A stretch of 64,000 nt of DNA from Candidatus Saccharimonadota bacterium (GTDB taxonomy: Bacteria; Patescibacteriota; Saccharimonadia; Saccharimonadales; VXPC01): positions 6,928-70,927 of the forward strand of contig VXPC01000014.1 in assembly GCA_009839685.1 (NCBI GenBank). Reading direction: 5' to 3'. The notes under the pieces are model-generated. The model was not told the DNA's origin. It saw only the letters and a program-made list of their open reading frames with translations, and did not search any database. Positions within the stretch are counted from its first letter, which is position 1, and each line of letters begins with the position of its first letter. Made by a program: the position numbers and the translations under genes. This document shows, in pieces, positions 17,394 through 26,106 of the stretch.

Positions 17394-18416
17394 TTATTTG
17401 ATGAAAACGGCCGTTATGTTCGGACCGCCGAAGACGGCCGTGGCGAAGCCGTGCCGGGCCCGCAGCTCGTTGTCAGCTGTAAAGATAATGGCTTGCATCT
17501 CCGCGTTTAAGGCATCCGCCTCGCGTTTCTCAGCCGAACGGTCGGTGCGAGCTTCATTGGCCTCCGACAATGAGGCCAATCTTTCTTCGTGAGCGCTACG
17601 AAGTTCGGTATCGCCTTTAATCTCCGCCTCCATGGCTGACCAGCGCTCATAGGCCAGGAGATCGCCGCAAACATGATCATTGACGCTGTGTTCCTCGTTT
17701 TGACAACCTCCGTAATAGCTTGACGCAATGAACTTCCAACTCACGCAGCCCGCATCTTCTTCCGCCGCCCGCCCGATCCCAGGCTCAAACCCGTATACAT
17801 GACAATAGGAGCTCATAGCCGCTACTTTCTGTTCGGCCGTGTATTCTGAGCTTTGCAAATAGGCGTCCAGAATCTGCCGCCCTTCCTCCAACTCGTAAGC
17901 CATGCGCGGATTGTCGGCAGCAAGCTCCCATCTCGTGCCGTTATAGGTAACATCTTCATAGCTATAAATGTCTAGCAAAAAAGCGAAGTGCGCTTCTGCA
18001 ATGCGTTCTTTCATGTAGGCAGACAAGTCATCGAATTGGGAACGGGAGGTTTCTGGTGGCACAGCCATGACCACCTGTCCGGCGAACCAAGTGCCGAAAC
18101 CGTTATTGTTCAAAAGCTGAATATACTCTATCCCTCCTGCAGTTGAACAGCGGCCGTCAACCTCGCTGATGTCACTCTCATGCAAGCAAACGAAGGGGTT
18201 AAGTTCAATTTTTTCTTCCGCAGTCAGTTCAGACCAGCCGTCTGGCAACAAGGAATCGGCGCCCTCAGGTAATTCAATCTCTACGCCGCCCGATACAGGT
18301 TCATTACGATCAGGCTCCGGCTGAAGGATAGAAAACACCAAAATCGCTACCAGAAGGGTGACAATCAGGATAAAAAATATCAAAACGGGCTTTGATTTCA
18401 ATTTAGTGAAATTCAT
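17394..18416 (-). CDS. N-anchored surface hypothetical protein, paralog of 16103..17200
   Basis: N-terminal TM, motif LPDGWSELTAEEKIELNPFVC...DGRCS; TATACT just upstream of ATG 18416. Confidence 0.8.
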   Translation of the reverse strand: MNFTKLKSKPVLIFFILIVTLLVAILVFSILQPEPDRNEPVSGGVEIELPEGADSLLPDGWSELTAEEKIELNPFVCLHESDISEVDGRCSTAGGIEYIQLLNNNGFGTWFAGQVVMAVPPETSRSQFDDLSAYMKERIAEAHFAFLLDIYSYEDVTYNGTRWELAADNPRMAYELEEGRQILDAYLQSSEYTAEQKVAAMSSYCHVYGFEPGIGRAAEEDAGCVSWKFIASSYYGGCQNEEHSVNDHVCGDLLAYERWSAMEAEIKGDTELRSAHEERLASLSEANEARTDRSAEKREADALNAEMQAIIFTADNELRARHGFATAVFGGPNITAVFIK

Positions 18417-18474
18417 AATAACACCCCTAGTATATATGAAATTTGATAGCTCGGCACGATGGACCCGGCGGGAA

Positions 18475-18885
18475 TTACTTGTCCGGTATGTAATCCCGGT
18501 CGGGTTCGGGCTCAAAGTGCCCCATCACGCCGCGGTTATACCAGACGGCATAACGTATCAGACCGATGCGGGTGTAGGCGATGTCGGCCGGACCGTCATT
18601 GCGGTGCAGCAACCCGTCCTTATAATACTTCTTGCGCTCCATGTGATACTCGCTTCTGTCTTCTTGATACTCGATCACGGCCGGGCCGTGGTCATGGTGT
18701 AGTTTGCCGTGACGATACCACTGCTCTGTCTTGACCTGACCATTTTCAAAATATTCAATTAGGGCCGGGCCGCCGACGCGGTGCAATTCGCCAGACTCGG
18801 ACCAGCGCTCTATTTTCTTATTGCCGTTTTCAAAATATTCGGCTTGAGGCCCAGCGCCCTCCTTCACCGATCCAAGTTCGCTCAT
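18475..18885 (-). CDS. MORN/YwqK-like repeat protein (LHRxxGPA repeats)
   Basis: EYFENG...LHRVGGPALIEYFENG...LHHDHGPAVIEY...LHRNDGPA. Confidence 0.8.
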   Translation of the reverse strand: MSELGSVKEGAGPQAEYFENGNKKIERWSESGELHRVGGPALIEYFENGQVKTEQWYRHGKLHHDHGPAVIEYQEDRSEYHMERKKYYKDGLLHRNDGPADIAYTRIGLIRYAVWYNRGVMGHFEPEPDRDYIPDK

Positions 18886-18981
18886 AGCCCCAATATTAAG
18901 GCAAGCGGTCTTGAGCAACAAGCGTAACCTGTTTACTGCCAAGAAATTTGAATATTTCGGCACCAATTTAACGCCGCAAAG

Positions 18982-19011
18982 TCTCAAATTGACAGCTCCA
19001 GTGAACCTAAG
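18982..19011. repeat. 30-bp dispersed direct repeat, copy A
   Basis: TCTCAAATTGACAGCTCCAGTGAACCTAAG; 27/30 identical to 19958..19987. Confidence 0.85.
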
Positions 19012-19104
19012 ATAAAGAGAACCAGGCGCTTCCGATGACTTGTTTTTAAGCCGGAAAATTACATCAGTTGGTACGCTCAAGGGCGCGAAAGTGAAACACC
19101 CAGA

Positions 19105-19842
19105 TTAACCGTCGCGCGCATCGCCATGACTAATGATTTCTCCGCTGTCGGCAACCCAGGCTACCAGCGGCCCGCCGATATCAACGCCGCAATCCAGTAG
19201 CACCCGCTCAGAACTGACATAGGGCTCGGGGTAGGTTGTGTGACCGCTGACAATGCACTTGCCTGCAATCCTGGCCGTCGGCAAAGCGAGTTTTCGGGAA
19301 CGGAGCTGGGGCGGCTCCCATCTGTCCTCCTCAACCCGATTCTCGAGGTTTCGGACTTGCTCGTCGGCGCTTCGGCCGGGGTCCAACCCTGCATGAACCA
19401 CAATCAGGCTACCGGCTTGATAAACCCAGGGCAGACTCCGGAGGAATTCAAGATGGGTTGGGGGCATACGCTCCCTAAGCGCGTTGACTTGATCCATGCG
19501 TGACCATTCGGATTTCGGCACCACTCCATAACTAGCCAGAGTTTGCTTTTGATAGGCCAAAACCCAGCGGCCGACCCAGCGATTACGGTCGGGGCCGTCT
19601 TCAAGCGCCTTCAACAGGGCGTACTCGTGGTTGCCAGCCAGCATGACGTGCCCCAGTTCCTGTAGTTCAATCGCAAAATCGACCAATTGGCGGATCGCCG
19701 GACCGCGGTCGTAGTAATCGCCCAGAAAAACCAGCTTTCGTTCCTCAAGGTAGCCCTCGGCGTCAAGTTTGTCGACCAACTGGCGAGCCTGGTCGTAGTG
19801 ACCGTGGGTATCAGGTATAACAACTAGTTTCTCATGGTCCAT
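19105..19842 (-). CDS. Calcineurin-like metallophosphoesterase (PrpA / lambda phosphatase-like)
   Basis: DTHG, LGDYYDRGP, GNHE, VHAG, SGHT, LDCG motifs. Confidence 0.9.
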   Translation of the reverse strand: MDHEKLVVIPDTHGHYDQARQLVDKLDAEGYLEERKLVFLGDYYDRGPAIRQLVDFAIELQELGHVMLAGNHEYALLKALEDGPDRNRWVGRWVLAYQKQTLASYGVVPKSEWSRMDQVNALRERMPPTHLEFLRSLPWVYQAGSLIVVHAGLDPGRSADEQVRNLENRVEEDRWEPPQLRSRKLALPTARIAGKCIVSGHTTYPEPYVSSERVLLDCGVDIGGPLVAWVADSGEIISHGDARDG

Positions 19843-19957
19843 TACTGTAATACTACAGACTTTGCTTTCTAGCCTCAAATTAAAGGACAAAAACCTAACG
19901 TTTGAGCTGAATTTCCCCTGTTGGGGCGCAGGAAAAATTCAGCTCGTCGCTTCAAAA

Positions 19958-19987
19958 TCTCAAATTGACAGCTCTGGTGAATCTAAG
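19958..19987. repeat. 30-bp dispersed direct repeat, copy B
   Basis: TCTCAAATTGACAGCTCTGGTGAATCTAAG. Confidence 0.85.
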
Positions 19988-20148
19988 GAGACGACAGCGA
20001 AACCAAATAATCCTGGAAGAGCTGGTGTATTTGAACAGCCATTTGTGACTGCAGGACAAATAGGGCCCCTCAGGTTGCGACCTGAGGGCGTGCTATCACC
20101 CGCCCTGAAGAAACTAGGAAGCTACCTGACATTTTCATGACCGGCCGG

Positions 20149-20451
20149 TCAATCTGTCTGGTTGTCCGGCTGGACCTGTTTGATGTCGATCAGCGAGATT
20201 ATCTGATAGCCGAACTGGTTGACTTGCGACTGGGGAAAGAAGTCGAGTTCGTTGGTCTTGAGGACAGATCCGGCAGTGCATTCCAGCCAGCGGCCAGTCG
20301 GTTCGTGGGTCTGGTCGTCAACCTCGATCAGGCGGAGCCGGTCACCCGGCTGGCAATCCCAATCAGCTAGGCGCAACTCGAATGTCTTCTGGCCACTAAC
20401 CAGCTGGCGGTAGTAGCTGGCATCAACTTTTTTGCTAATTAGCCGGCTCAT
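20149..20451 (-). CDS. DUF3850 / ASCH-like domain protein
   Basis: YYRQLVSGQKTFELRLADWDCQPGDRLRLIEVD...PTGR. Confidence 0.85.
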   Translation of the reverse strand: MSRLISKKVDASYYRQLVSGQKTFELRLADWDCQPGDRLRLIEVDDQTHEPTGRWLECTAGSVLKTNELDFFPQSQVNQFGYQIISLIDIKQVQPDNQTD

Positions 20452-20567
20452 CGACCAGACCCCCGAAATAAAGTCCCGAGTGAATTTGCCGGCCGGCTGT
20501 CAAAATTGACTCGCGCCCAGTGTTGCTGCCTCATCCTAAACCTGTCTTTCTGTGGCTTGTTATCCAT
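20448..20567 (-). CDS. Putative 39-aa small ORF coupled to the DUF3850 gene
   Basis: SD AAGGGAG upstream of ATG; MDNKPQKDRFRMRQQHWARVNFDSRPANSLGTLFRGSGR*; ATGA overlap with the next start. Confidence 0.4.
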   Translation of the reverse strand: MDNKPQKDRFRMRQQHWARVNFDSRPANSLGTLFRGSGR

Positions 20568-20603
20568 TTTGTCTCCCTTGTAATCTCACCAAAATCTAGC
20601 ACT

Positions 20604-20678
20604 TGGTGACTCCAAGGGGAATCGAACCCCTATTTCCAGACTGAGAACCTGGTGTCCTAACCGTTAGACGATGGAGCC
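20604..20678 (-). tRNA. tRNA-Glu (CTC)
   Basis: GGCTCCATCGTCTAACGGTTAGGACACCAGGTTCTCAGTCTGGAAATAGGGGTTCGATTCCCCTTGGAGTCACCA; cloverleaf with encoded CCA. Confidence 0.97.
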
Positions 20679-20709
20679 GCAACGTAGACAAGTATATTAT
20701 AACTGCAAG

Positions 20710-22128
20710 CTAATTACTGGCAGATAGCCTAGCCTGGCACTCTTCCAGGCCTAGTGCGTCCATGGTGGCAAATAGACCCGGCGCAACTTTGCGCCCGGTC
20801 AATTTCAGCCGCAGGAGAGTGAAATACTTGGACGGGCTGGTCTTCTTTTCTTGAGCCAGTTGGTAAATCCGCAACTCCAAGTTGCCGGCTGTGAAGTCAA
20901 TTGACCCAACAGTCTCCAAGGTGGCCTCAAGCAGAGGTTGGATATCCTCTTCCGGGATTCTGGATTCTTTAACCAGGGTTGCCAAGCTGGGTGATTCGGG
21001 TCTGCTGAAGAAAAATTCGGTCAGCTCGGCCAACTCGGACCACTTCTTCAGGCGCTGGTAGACCAGCTCCAAGACTTTGTGTTTGTACTCCTCCCCCGCT
21101 CCTTCGGCGCTTTTCGGCCACCAGGGTTCGGCCAGCCGGCGGAGTTCCGCCTCCGGCAGGGCTCTGAGGTGCTGGCCGTTGAACCAGTCCAGCCGGACGC
21201 CGTCAAAGCGGGCGCCGCTGACCTGGATGCCGGCGATGTCGAAAGTTTTGACCAGCTCCTCGATAGTAAAGATTTCTTCGGGCGTTTTCGGATTCCAGCC
21301 CAGCAGGCTGAGGTAATTGAGAACGGCCTCTTTCAGGTAACCTTCTTCCAGCAAGTCGACCACCCTGCCCCCTTTGTCGCGCTTGCTCAGTTTCTGGCCG
21401 CCTTCGGCCGCCAGCACGGGCGGAACGTGGACGTACTGCGGCCTGCTCCAGTCCAAGCAGTCGAAGAGGTACAGGTGCTTGGGTGTGCTGCTCAACCACT
21501 CGTCGGCCCTGATAACGTGGCTGATTTCCATCAGGTGGTCGTCGATGACGTTGGCCAAGTGGTAGGTCGGCCAGCCGTCGCTCTTGACAGCGACAAAGTC
21601 GCCGATATCCTTGCCTTGCCAGCTCTGCCCGCCCTTGACCGCGTCCTCCCAGGCAATCGTCAGCTCGTCAGGGATGGCGATGCGGACGACCGGCCGCTGC
21701 CCGTCGCGCTCCTCGGTTACGGCCATGTCTTTTCTGAAAACGAAGGGCCGCTTCTCTTTTTGGGCTTGCTCCCGCATGGCCCTGAGCTCTTCAGCCGAGC
21801 TGTAATCGTAGTAGGCAATGCCTTTCTGGATCAACTGGTCGGCGTAGTCGCGGTAGATTTCCAGGCGGTGGCTCTGGACGCAGCTGCCGAAGTCGGGGCT
21901 GGGCTTGTCGGGTCCGTAATCCCAATCCAAGCCGAGGGATTGCAAATCCGACATCAGTTGCTTGGCCGCGCCCGGGACGAGGCGCTCTTGGTCGGTGTCT
22001 TCCAGCCGCAAGATAAACTGCCCTCCCTCCCTCCTGGCCCACAGCCAGTTGAAGAGAGCTGTCCGCAGGCCTCCCAGATGGAGGTGGCCGGTCGGACTGG
22101 GGGCGTATCTGGTCTTTATTTCACTCAT
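20710..22128 (-). CDS. gltX: Glutamate--tRNA ligase
   Basis: RYAPSPTGHLHLGG, LRLEDTD, PTYHLANVIDD, KLSKR. Confidence 0.97.
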   Translation of the reverse strand: MSEIKTRYAPSPTGHLHLGGLRTALFNWLWARREGGQFILRLEDTDQERLVPGAAKQLMSDLQSLGLDWDYGPDKPSPDFGSCVQSHRLEIYRDYADQLIQKGIAYYDYSSAEELRAMREQAQKEKRPFVFRKDMAVTEERDGQRPVVRIAIPDELTIAWEDAVKGGQSWQGKDIGDFVAVKSDGWPTYHLANVIDDHLMEISHVIRADEWLSSTPKHLYLFDCLDWSRPQYVHVPPVLAAEGGQKLSKRDKGGRVVDLLEEGYLKEAVLNYLSLLGWNPKTPEEIFTIEELVKTFDIAGIQVSGARFDGVRLDWFNGQHLRALPEAELRRLAEPWWPKSAEGAGEEYKHKVLELVYQRLKKWSELAELTEFFFSRPESPSLATLVKESRIPEEDIQPLLEATLETVGSIDFTAGNLELRIYQLAQEKKTSPSKYFTLLRLKLTGRKVAPGLFATMDALGLEECQARLSASN

Positions 22129-22247
22129 AACCTTGCGCTCGAACGGGACGGGAGCAACCTTTGCCATTAAGGCAACAGACTAAACCTTGTTTCCAAGGTA
22201 TACTATACTCCGCGACAAGAGGCAAAACAAAAAGAGAGGCCAAAACC

Positions 22248-22928
22248 ATGCCGGCAATAGTTGACTACCTGAAGCGTTTACTCGGTTCATCGTCGCGGCG
22301 GCGATCAGCCGTCGGGCCCGCGCCGGCTCCCGATTCCAAGGCGGCCCTGATACCGATTGACGCCCATAAGCGCTACTTGGACGATTTGCTGGCCAGCGCT
22401 CGCTCGCCCGGCGAAATCAAGGCCGACTGGCAACGCTACTATGACAGGCTGGACGACGGCCAGAAGAACCTGATTTGGGCTTACGCCGACGAGCGCCTTC
22501 CGGAAGTCAAAACCGCCGGCAACAAAAAGTTGATCAACCTGCTGTGGAGCCGGGTTTTCTACAGCGACGGCAACCTGGCCAAGGTAGCCGGCCGGTGCGC
22601 GATCAGGGCCGAGAAAGGCTGGGGCTTGGTTTACTGCTACTTGGTCGACGGCCGGCCCCGCTACGTCGGCCAAACCAGGGAGAATTCCTTGAGTTGGCGG
22701 ATGACCAAGCGCCAGCGGCAGGGCAAAATCGGCTACAACTACGCCATCAAGCGCAATCTGATCAATGCCTACCGCAACGGCTCACTTTCGATTTGGACCA
22801 GAAAGGTCAAGCTAGCGGAATTGAACCAGCTTGAAAAAGAGCTGATTGAGAAATACGGCCCGACTTGCCGGCTCTGGAACCAGGTTCACAACGAAAAGCA
22901 CTTCACTCTTGCCAACTACAGTTCCTAG
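22248..22928 (+). CDS. GIY-YIG family nuclease with N-terminal helical module shared with the sortase
   Basis: GLVYCY...RYVGQT, conserved R (SWRM), E (LEKELI) and N (WN); N-terminal WQRYYDRLDDGQKNLIW. Confidence 0.75.
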   Translation: MPAIVDYLKRLLGSSSRRRSAVGPAPAPDSKAALIPIDAHKRYLDDLLASARSPGEIKADWQRYYDRLDDGQKNLIWAYADERLPEVKTAGNKKLINLLWSRVFYSDGNLAKVAGRCAIRAEKGWGLVYCYLVDGRPRYVGQTRENSLSWRMTKRQRQGKIGYNYAIKRNLINAYRNGSLSIWTRKVKLAELNQLEKELIEKYGPTCRLWNQVHNEKHFTLANYSS

Positions 22929-23123
22929 GTTTCCCAAACTGCCAGGCAGCCGCTTAAGCCGGAGGTTATATACCAAGTGGCGTCACGAAATAAGGTTAAA
23001 ACCGCAAAGGCACCCCCCCCCTCGAAGGGGGCCGGTTTCGGCGTCCTTATTGCGCCGCGAAGACGCTATTGTCAACTGAGGCGGTCGTTTGCGCCGCCCG
23101 TCTGGTTACTTGGTAAAAGGGGC

Positions 23124-23720
23124 TCAGTCAACCCCGTTTTGCCAAACTAACTCACCGTAGTTATCGTAGCTTTTGATACTTGTGCTTCCGTATTCTCCGT
23201 ACCCTACGACATTAAGGTGACTAACGTTGTCCAGATACACGCCTTCAGTCATCGGGACTCGAACCGCTGGTTCTTGTCTACCAGCCAGCTCCATATGGGC
23301 AATATTCGCCCGCGGGCTGGATTTTGAATCATCCCGAAACATTTTGCTGTAGTCGTAAATTTCCCATGGCCGCAGGGTGTTGTCAGGCAATATGGAAATA
23401 TAAATCGTGGCAAGCCCATCTTCCTGCTTAAGGTCAGTCAGGTCCTGACCCTCGGCGGTCTCGGGGTAGACATGGAGTATGAAGAAGTCTCGATCGGCGG
23501 GGACGCGTACCTTAAAATGCAGGTCATCCTTAGTGTGACCGTCTATGCTGCCTATAAATTTGTCCTTGTCCTCCCCTATAACAGGCATTCCCAAGATATC
23601 TTCTAAGGGGACATACCAATCCAAGCTTTCTTTAAGGTTACTCTCGATTACTCTTATGCCCTCTACCGTCAATTCAGGCTCATGCGGCCTGCTTTGTTCC
23701 CGTTTTAATACTTGTTCCAT
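23124..23720 (-). CDS. Hypothetical protein (lower GC, acidic)
   Basis: GAGGAGGA SD; AT-rich promoter with TATAAT upstream. Confidence 0.7.
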   Translation of the reverse strand: MEQVLKREQSRPHEPELTVEGIRVIESNLKESLDWYVPLEDILGMPVIGEDKDKFIGSIDGHTKDDLHFKVRVPADRDFFILHVYPETAEGQDLTDLKQEDGLATIYISILPDNTLRPWEIYDYSKMFRDDSKSSPRANIAHMELAGRQEPAVRVPMTEGVYLDNVSHLNVVGYGEYGSTSIKSYDNYGELVWQNGVD

Positions 23721-23903
23721 TGAGAATCCTCCTCGGTGCAATTGATAAGTACCGTATATTATATACTAGTAATAGTTATTTTGCAAATTAAATATGGCGA
23801 GATTTGGGCAGCAGCCGACATTAACCAGCATGCAACCCCCTTAAGCTTATATTTTTATTAAGCGGCGCCTGTAGTATAATTTGCACCAGATTCCAAAGAG
23901 TAA

Positions 23904-25352
23904 ATGCTTAAACTCAAACTTCCCCTCGAGCGTCTTAAGAAAATCGTTCCTTTCGACCGGTTCAAGGGTTCGCGCAACCCCTCCCAGCCGACCGGCTCCC
24001 AGGCTTACTCGCCTGCCCAGTACGTGAATCCTGTCCAGGCGGATCCGTCCGACCCCCGCGCCCTGGCCGCCTCGGCCGTCCTTGCGAGGCACAAAAACAC
24101 GCTGGACCAGCTCGCCCGCCAGCTCAAGGCCGGCCAGGACCCCGCGGTCGTCCAGGCACAGTGGCAGCAGTACTACGAACGGCTGAATGACGCCGAGAAA
24201 CAGATGATCTGGCAAAGCACCTCCGCCCAAGCCCAGCCGGAACCGGCTCCCAAACCGCCGTCTTCGCCACAAGCCGCTACTGTGCCGCCGTCTGCCGCCG
24301 CGCCGCCGCCGTCCGTATTGCCGGCGCCCAAGACCAGGTCCGTCGACGACATGCTCGGCGCGCCGTTGGCGATTAAAGGCTATGGCAATCGGTCCGGACA
24401 GGGAGCCGGTCAAAACACACCCCCGCCCACCCCTGCTCAGCAAGCCGGCCCGGCCGCGCCGGCCGGCGAGGAGGCTGACACGGCGGATCAGGAAAACCGC
24501 AGCATCGGCGAAATCATGCCCGACCGGTCCGTCGGCTACAAAGCGCGCAACATGTTCACCTGGAATTCGCCGACAGCCCTGTTTGACAAGGAGGAAACCC
24601 AGTCGATTTGGCGGCAGAACTTCAAATCGATTATTTTCGGCCTGACGGTCGGCGTTATCTGCTTGGCCTTCTGGCAGTTCACTTTCTTCAACGAACGCTA
24701 CCTGCAGCCGTTCATCCAGCCGGCTTCCAGTTCGACCGACGCCCAGATTATCATCGCGCCCGGCGAAGTCAAGGCCGTGGAGGACGGGTTCAGGGTCATT
24801 ATTCCCAAAATCGGCGTCGACGCGCCGGTAGTCGACGGCGTCAAAGGATTCAGGACGATTGACGGTTCGGAACCGGAAAGCGCCTTTGAGAACCGGGTCC
24901 AGGCGGCTCTGGAGAAAGGCACCGTCCACTATCCCGGCACGCAGTTCCCGGGCCAGAGCGGCGTCAACTTCAACAGCAACGTCGTCGTTTTGGGCCATTC
25001 GGCCAGCAATATCTTCGCGCCCGGCAACTATAAGAGCATCTTCTCCCGTTTGCAGGAAATGGAACTGGGCGATTTCATTCTGGTCAACTACCAGCGCCAG
25101 CAATACATTTACAAGATATACGGCAAGCAGGTGGTCAAACCGACCCAGGTCGAGGTGCTGCAGCCCGGCAGCCGGAACAACACCCTGACCCTGATCACTT
25201 GTCACCCGCCCGGCAACAGCACCAACCGCCTGGTCCTTTTGGCCGAGCAGATCAACCCCGATCCGCTGATCAACAGGAGCGTCGAGCAGAACGCCGATTC
25301 CGGCAACCGGGAAACGGTGGTCCCGGGCCGGCCGCGCGGCTTCTTCGACTAA
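23904..25352 (+). CDS. Sortase (class D/E-like) with long cytoplasmic N-terminal extension
   Basis: Central TM, IIPKIGVDAPVV, GTVHYPGT, VVLGHS, LTLITCHPPG...RL catalytic triad. Confidence 0.92.
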   Translation: MLKLKLPLERLKKIVPFDRFKGSRNPSQPTGSQAYSPAQYVNPVQADPSDPRALAASAVLARHKNTLDQLARQLKAGQDPAVVQAQWQQYYERLNDAEKQMIWQSTSAQAQPEPAPKPPSSPQAATVPPSAAAPPPSVLPAPKTRSVDDMLGAPLAIKGYGNRSGQGAGQNTPPPTPAQQAGPAAPAGEEADTADQENRSIGEIMPDRSVGYKARNMFTWNSPTALFDKEETQSIWRQNFKSIIFGLTVGVICLAFWQFTFFNERYLQPFIQPASSSTDAQIIIAPGEVKAVEDGFRVIIPKIGVDAPVVDGVKGFRTIDGSEPESAFENRVQAALEKGTVHYPGTQFPGQSGVNFNSNVVVLGHSASNIFAPGNYKSIFSRLQEMELGDFILVNYQRQQYIYKIYGKQVVKPTQVEVLQPGSRNNTLTLITCHPPGNSTNRLVLLAEQINPDPLINRSVEQNADSGNRETVVPGRPRGFFD

Positions 25353-25431
25353 TACGCTCCCCTGCCCGAGACGGCAAACGAGTTCGGGGCGGGTTTCAAA
25401 GACCCGGGCTTTTTATTAAAATTGGGGACGG

Positions 25432-26106
25432 ATGAGAATTCTTTATTGGAATACCTGCATAACGACCGATCCGCAAGCTTTGTTCGACAGGCTGTCGCTC
25501 TTCCATCAGCTGTACGGCGGCATCGACTACTTCTGCCTCAACGAGGCGACGCCGCAGTTGGTCGAGTTGATGAGGGGGGCCGGCTGGCGAATTTTCCACG
25601 TCGACAACACGGACGTCAAGGGCGTGGCAATCGCCTCCAGGCATCCCTTGCGCCAGAAACGCAGCTACCTGCTCTCTTCCGTCAGCCGCCAGGGCCGCCA
25701 AGACAAGAACCACCTGCTGATGGTCGAGGCCTACTGGCGCAACAAGCCGGTCACGATCGCCACCACCCACCTCACCTACCTGCGCTTCAAGGAAATCAGG
25801 CGCCGCCGGCAGGAGCGCAAGGAACTGGTCAGGATCCTGCCGCGCAACCGGACGGTGTTCGGCGGCGACCTGAACACAATTGTTATTCCTTTCGCCAAAT
25901 GGGACGTCGAGCAGCTGGGCTACCAGAACAAGGTCAAGGGTAAAACCTGGTGCTGGCACCTGAAAAACACCCTCAGGCGCATACCCGTCAAGCTGCAACT
26001 GGACTATGTTTTCGCCACCCACGACATACGAGACGTGGTCGAAGCCAAAATCCTCAAGGAGCAGGGCATCTCCGACCACTTCCCGATTCTGGTCACTCTC
26101 TATTGA
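25432..26106 (+). CDS. Endonuclease/exonuclease/phosphatase (EEP) family protein
   Basis: LYWN, CLNE, TTHL, GGDLN, LDYVF, SDHFP. Confidence 0.9.
   Translation: MRILYWNTCITTDPQALFDRLSLFHQLYGGIDYFCLNEATPQLVELMRGAGWRIFHVDNTDVKGVAIASRHPLRQKRSYLLSSVSRQGRQDKNHLLMVEAYWRNKPVTIATTHLTYLRFKEIRRRRQERKELVRILPRNRTVFGGDLNTIVIPFAKWDVEQLGYQNKVKGKTWCWHLKNTLRRIPVKLQLDYVFATHDIRDVVEAKILKEQGISDHFPILVTLY

Noticed and set aside
18982-19987. 30-bp repeats as a CRISPR array, integron attC or Xer dif sites
   Set aside because: Only two good copies ~1 kb apart; no RYYYAAC/GTTRRRY ends, no dif consensus, and no cas or integrase gene.
23009-23035. C9 tract as a phase-variation site
   Set aside because: Lies between convergent genes and pairs with GGGGG as a hairpin; not in a promoter or CDS.
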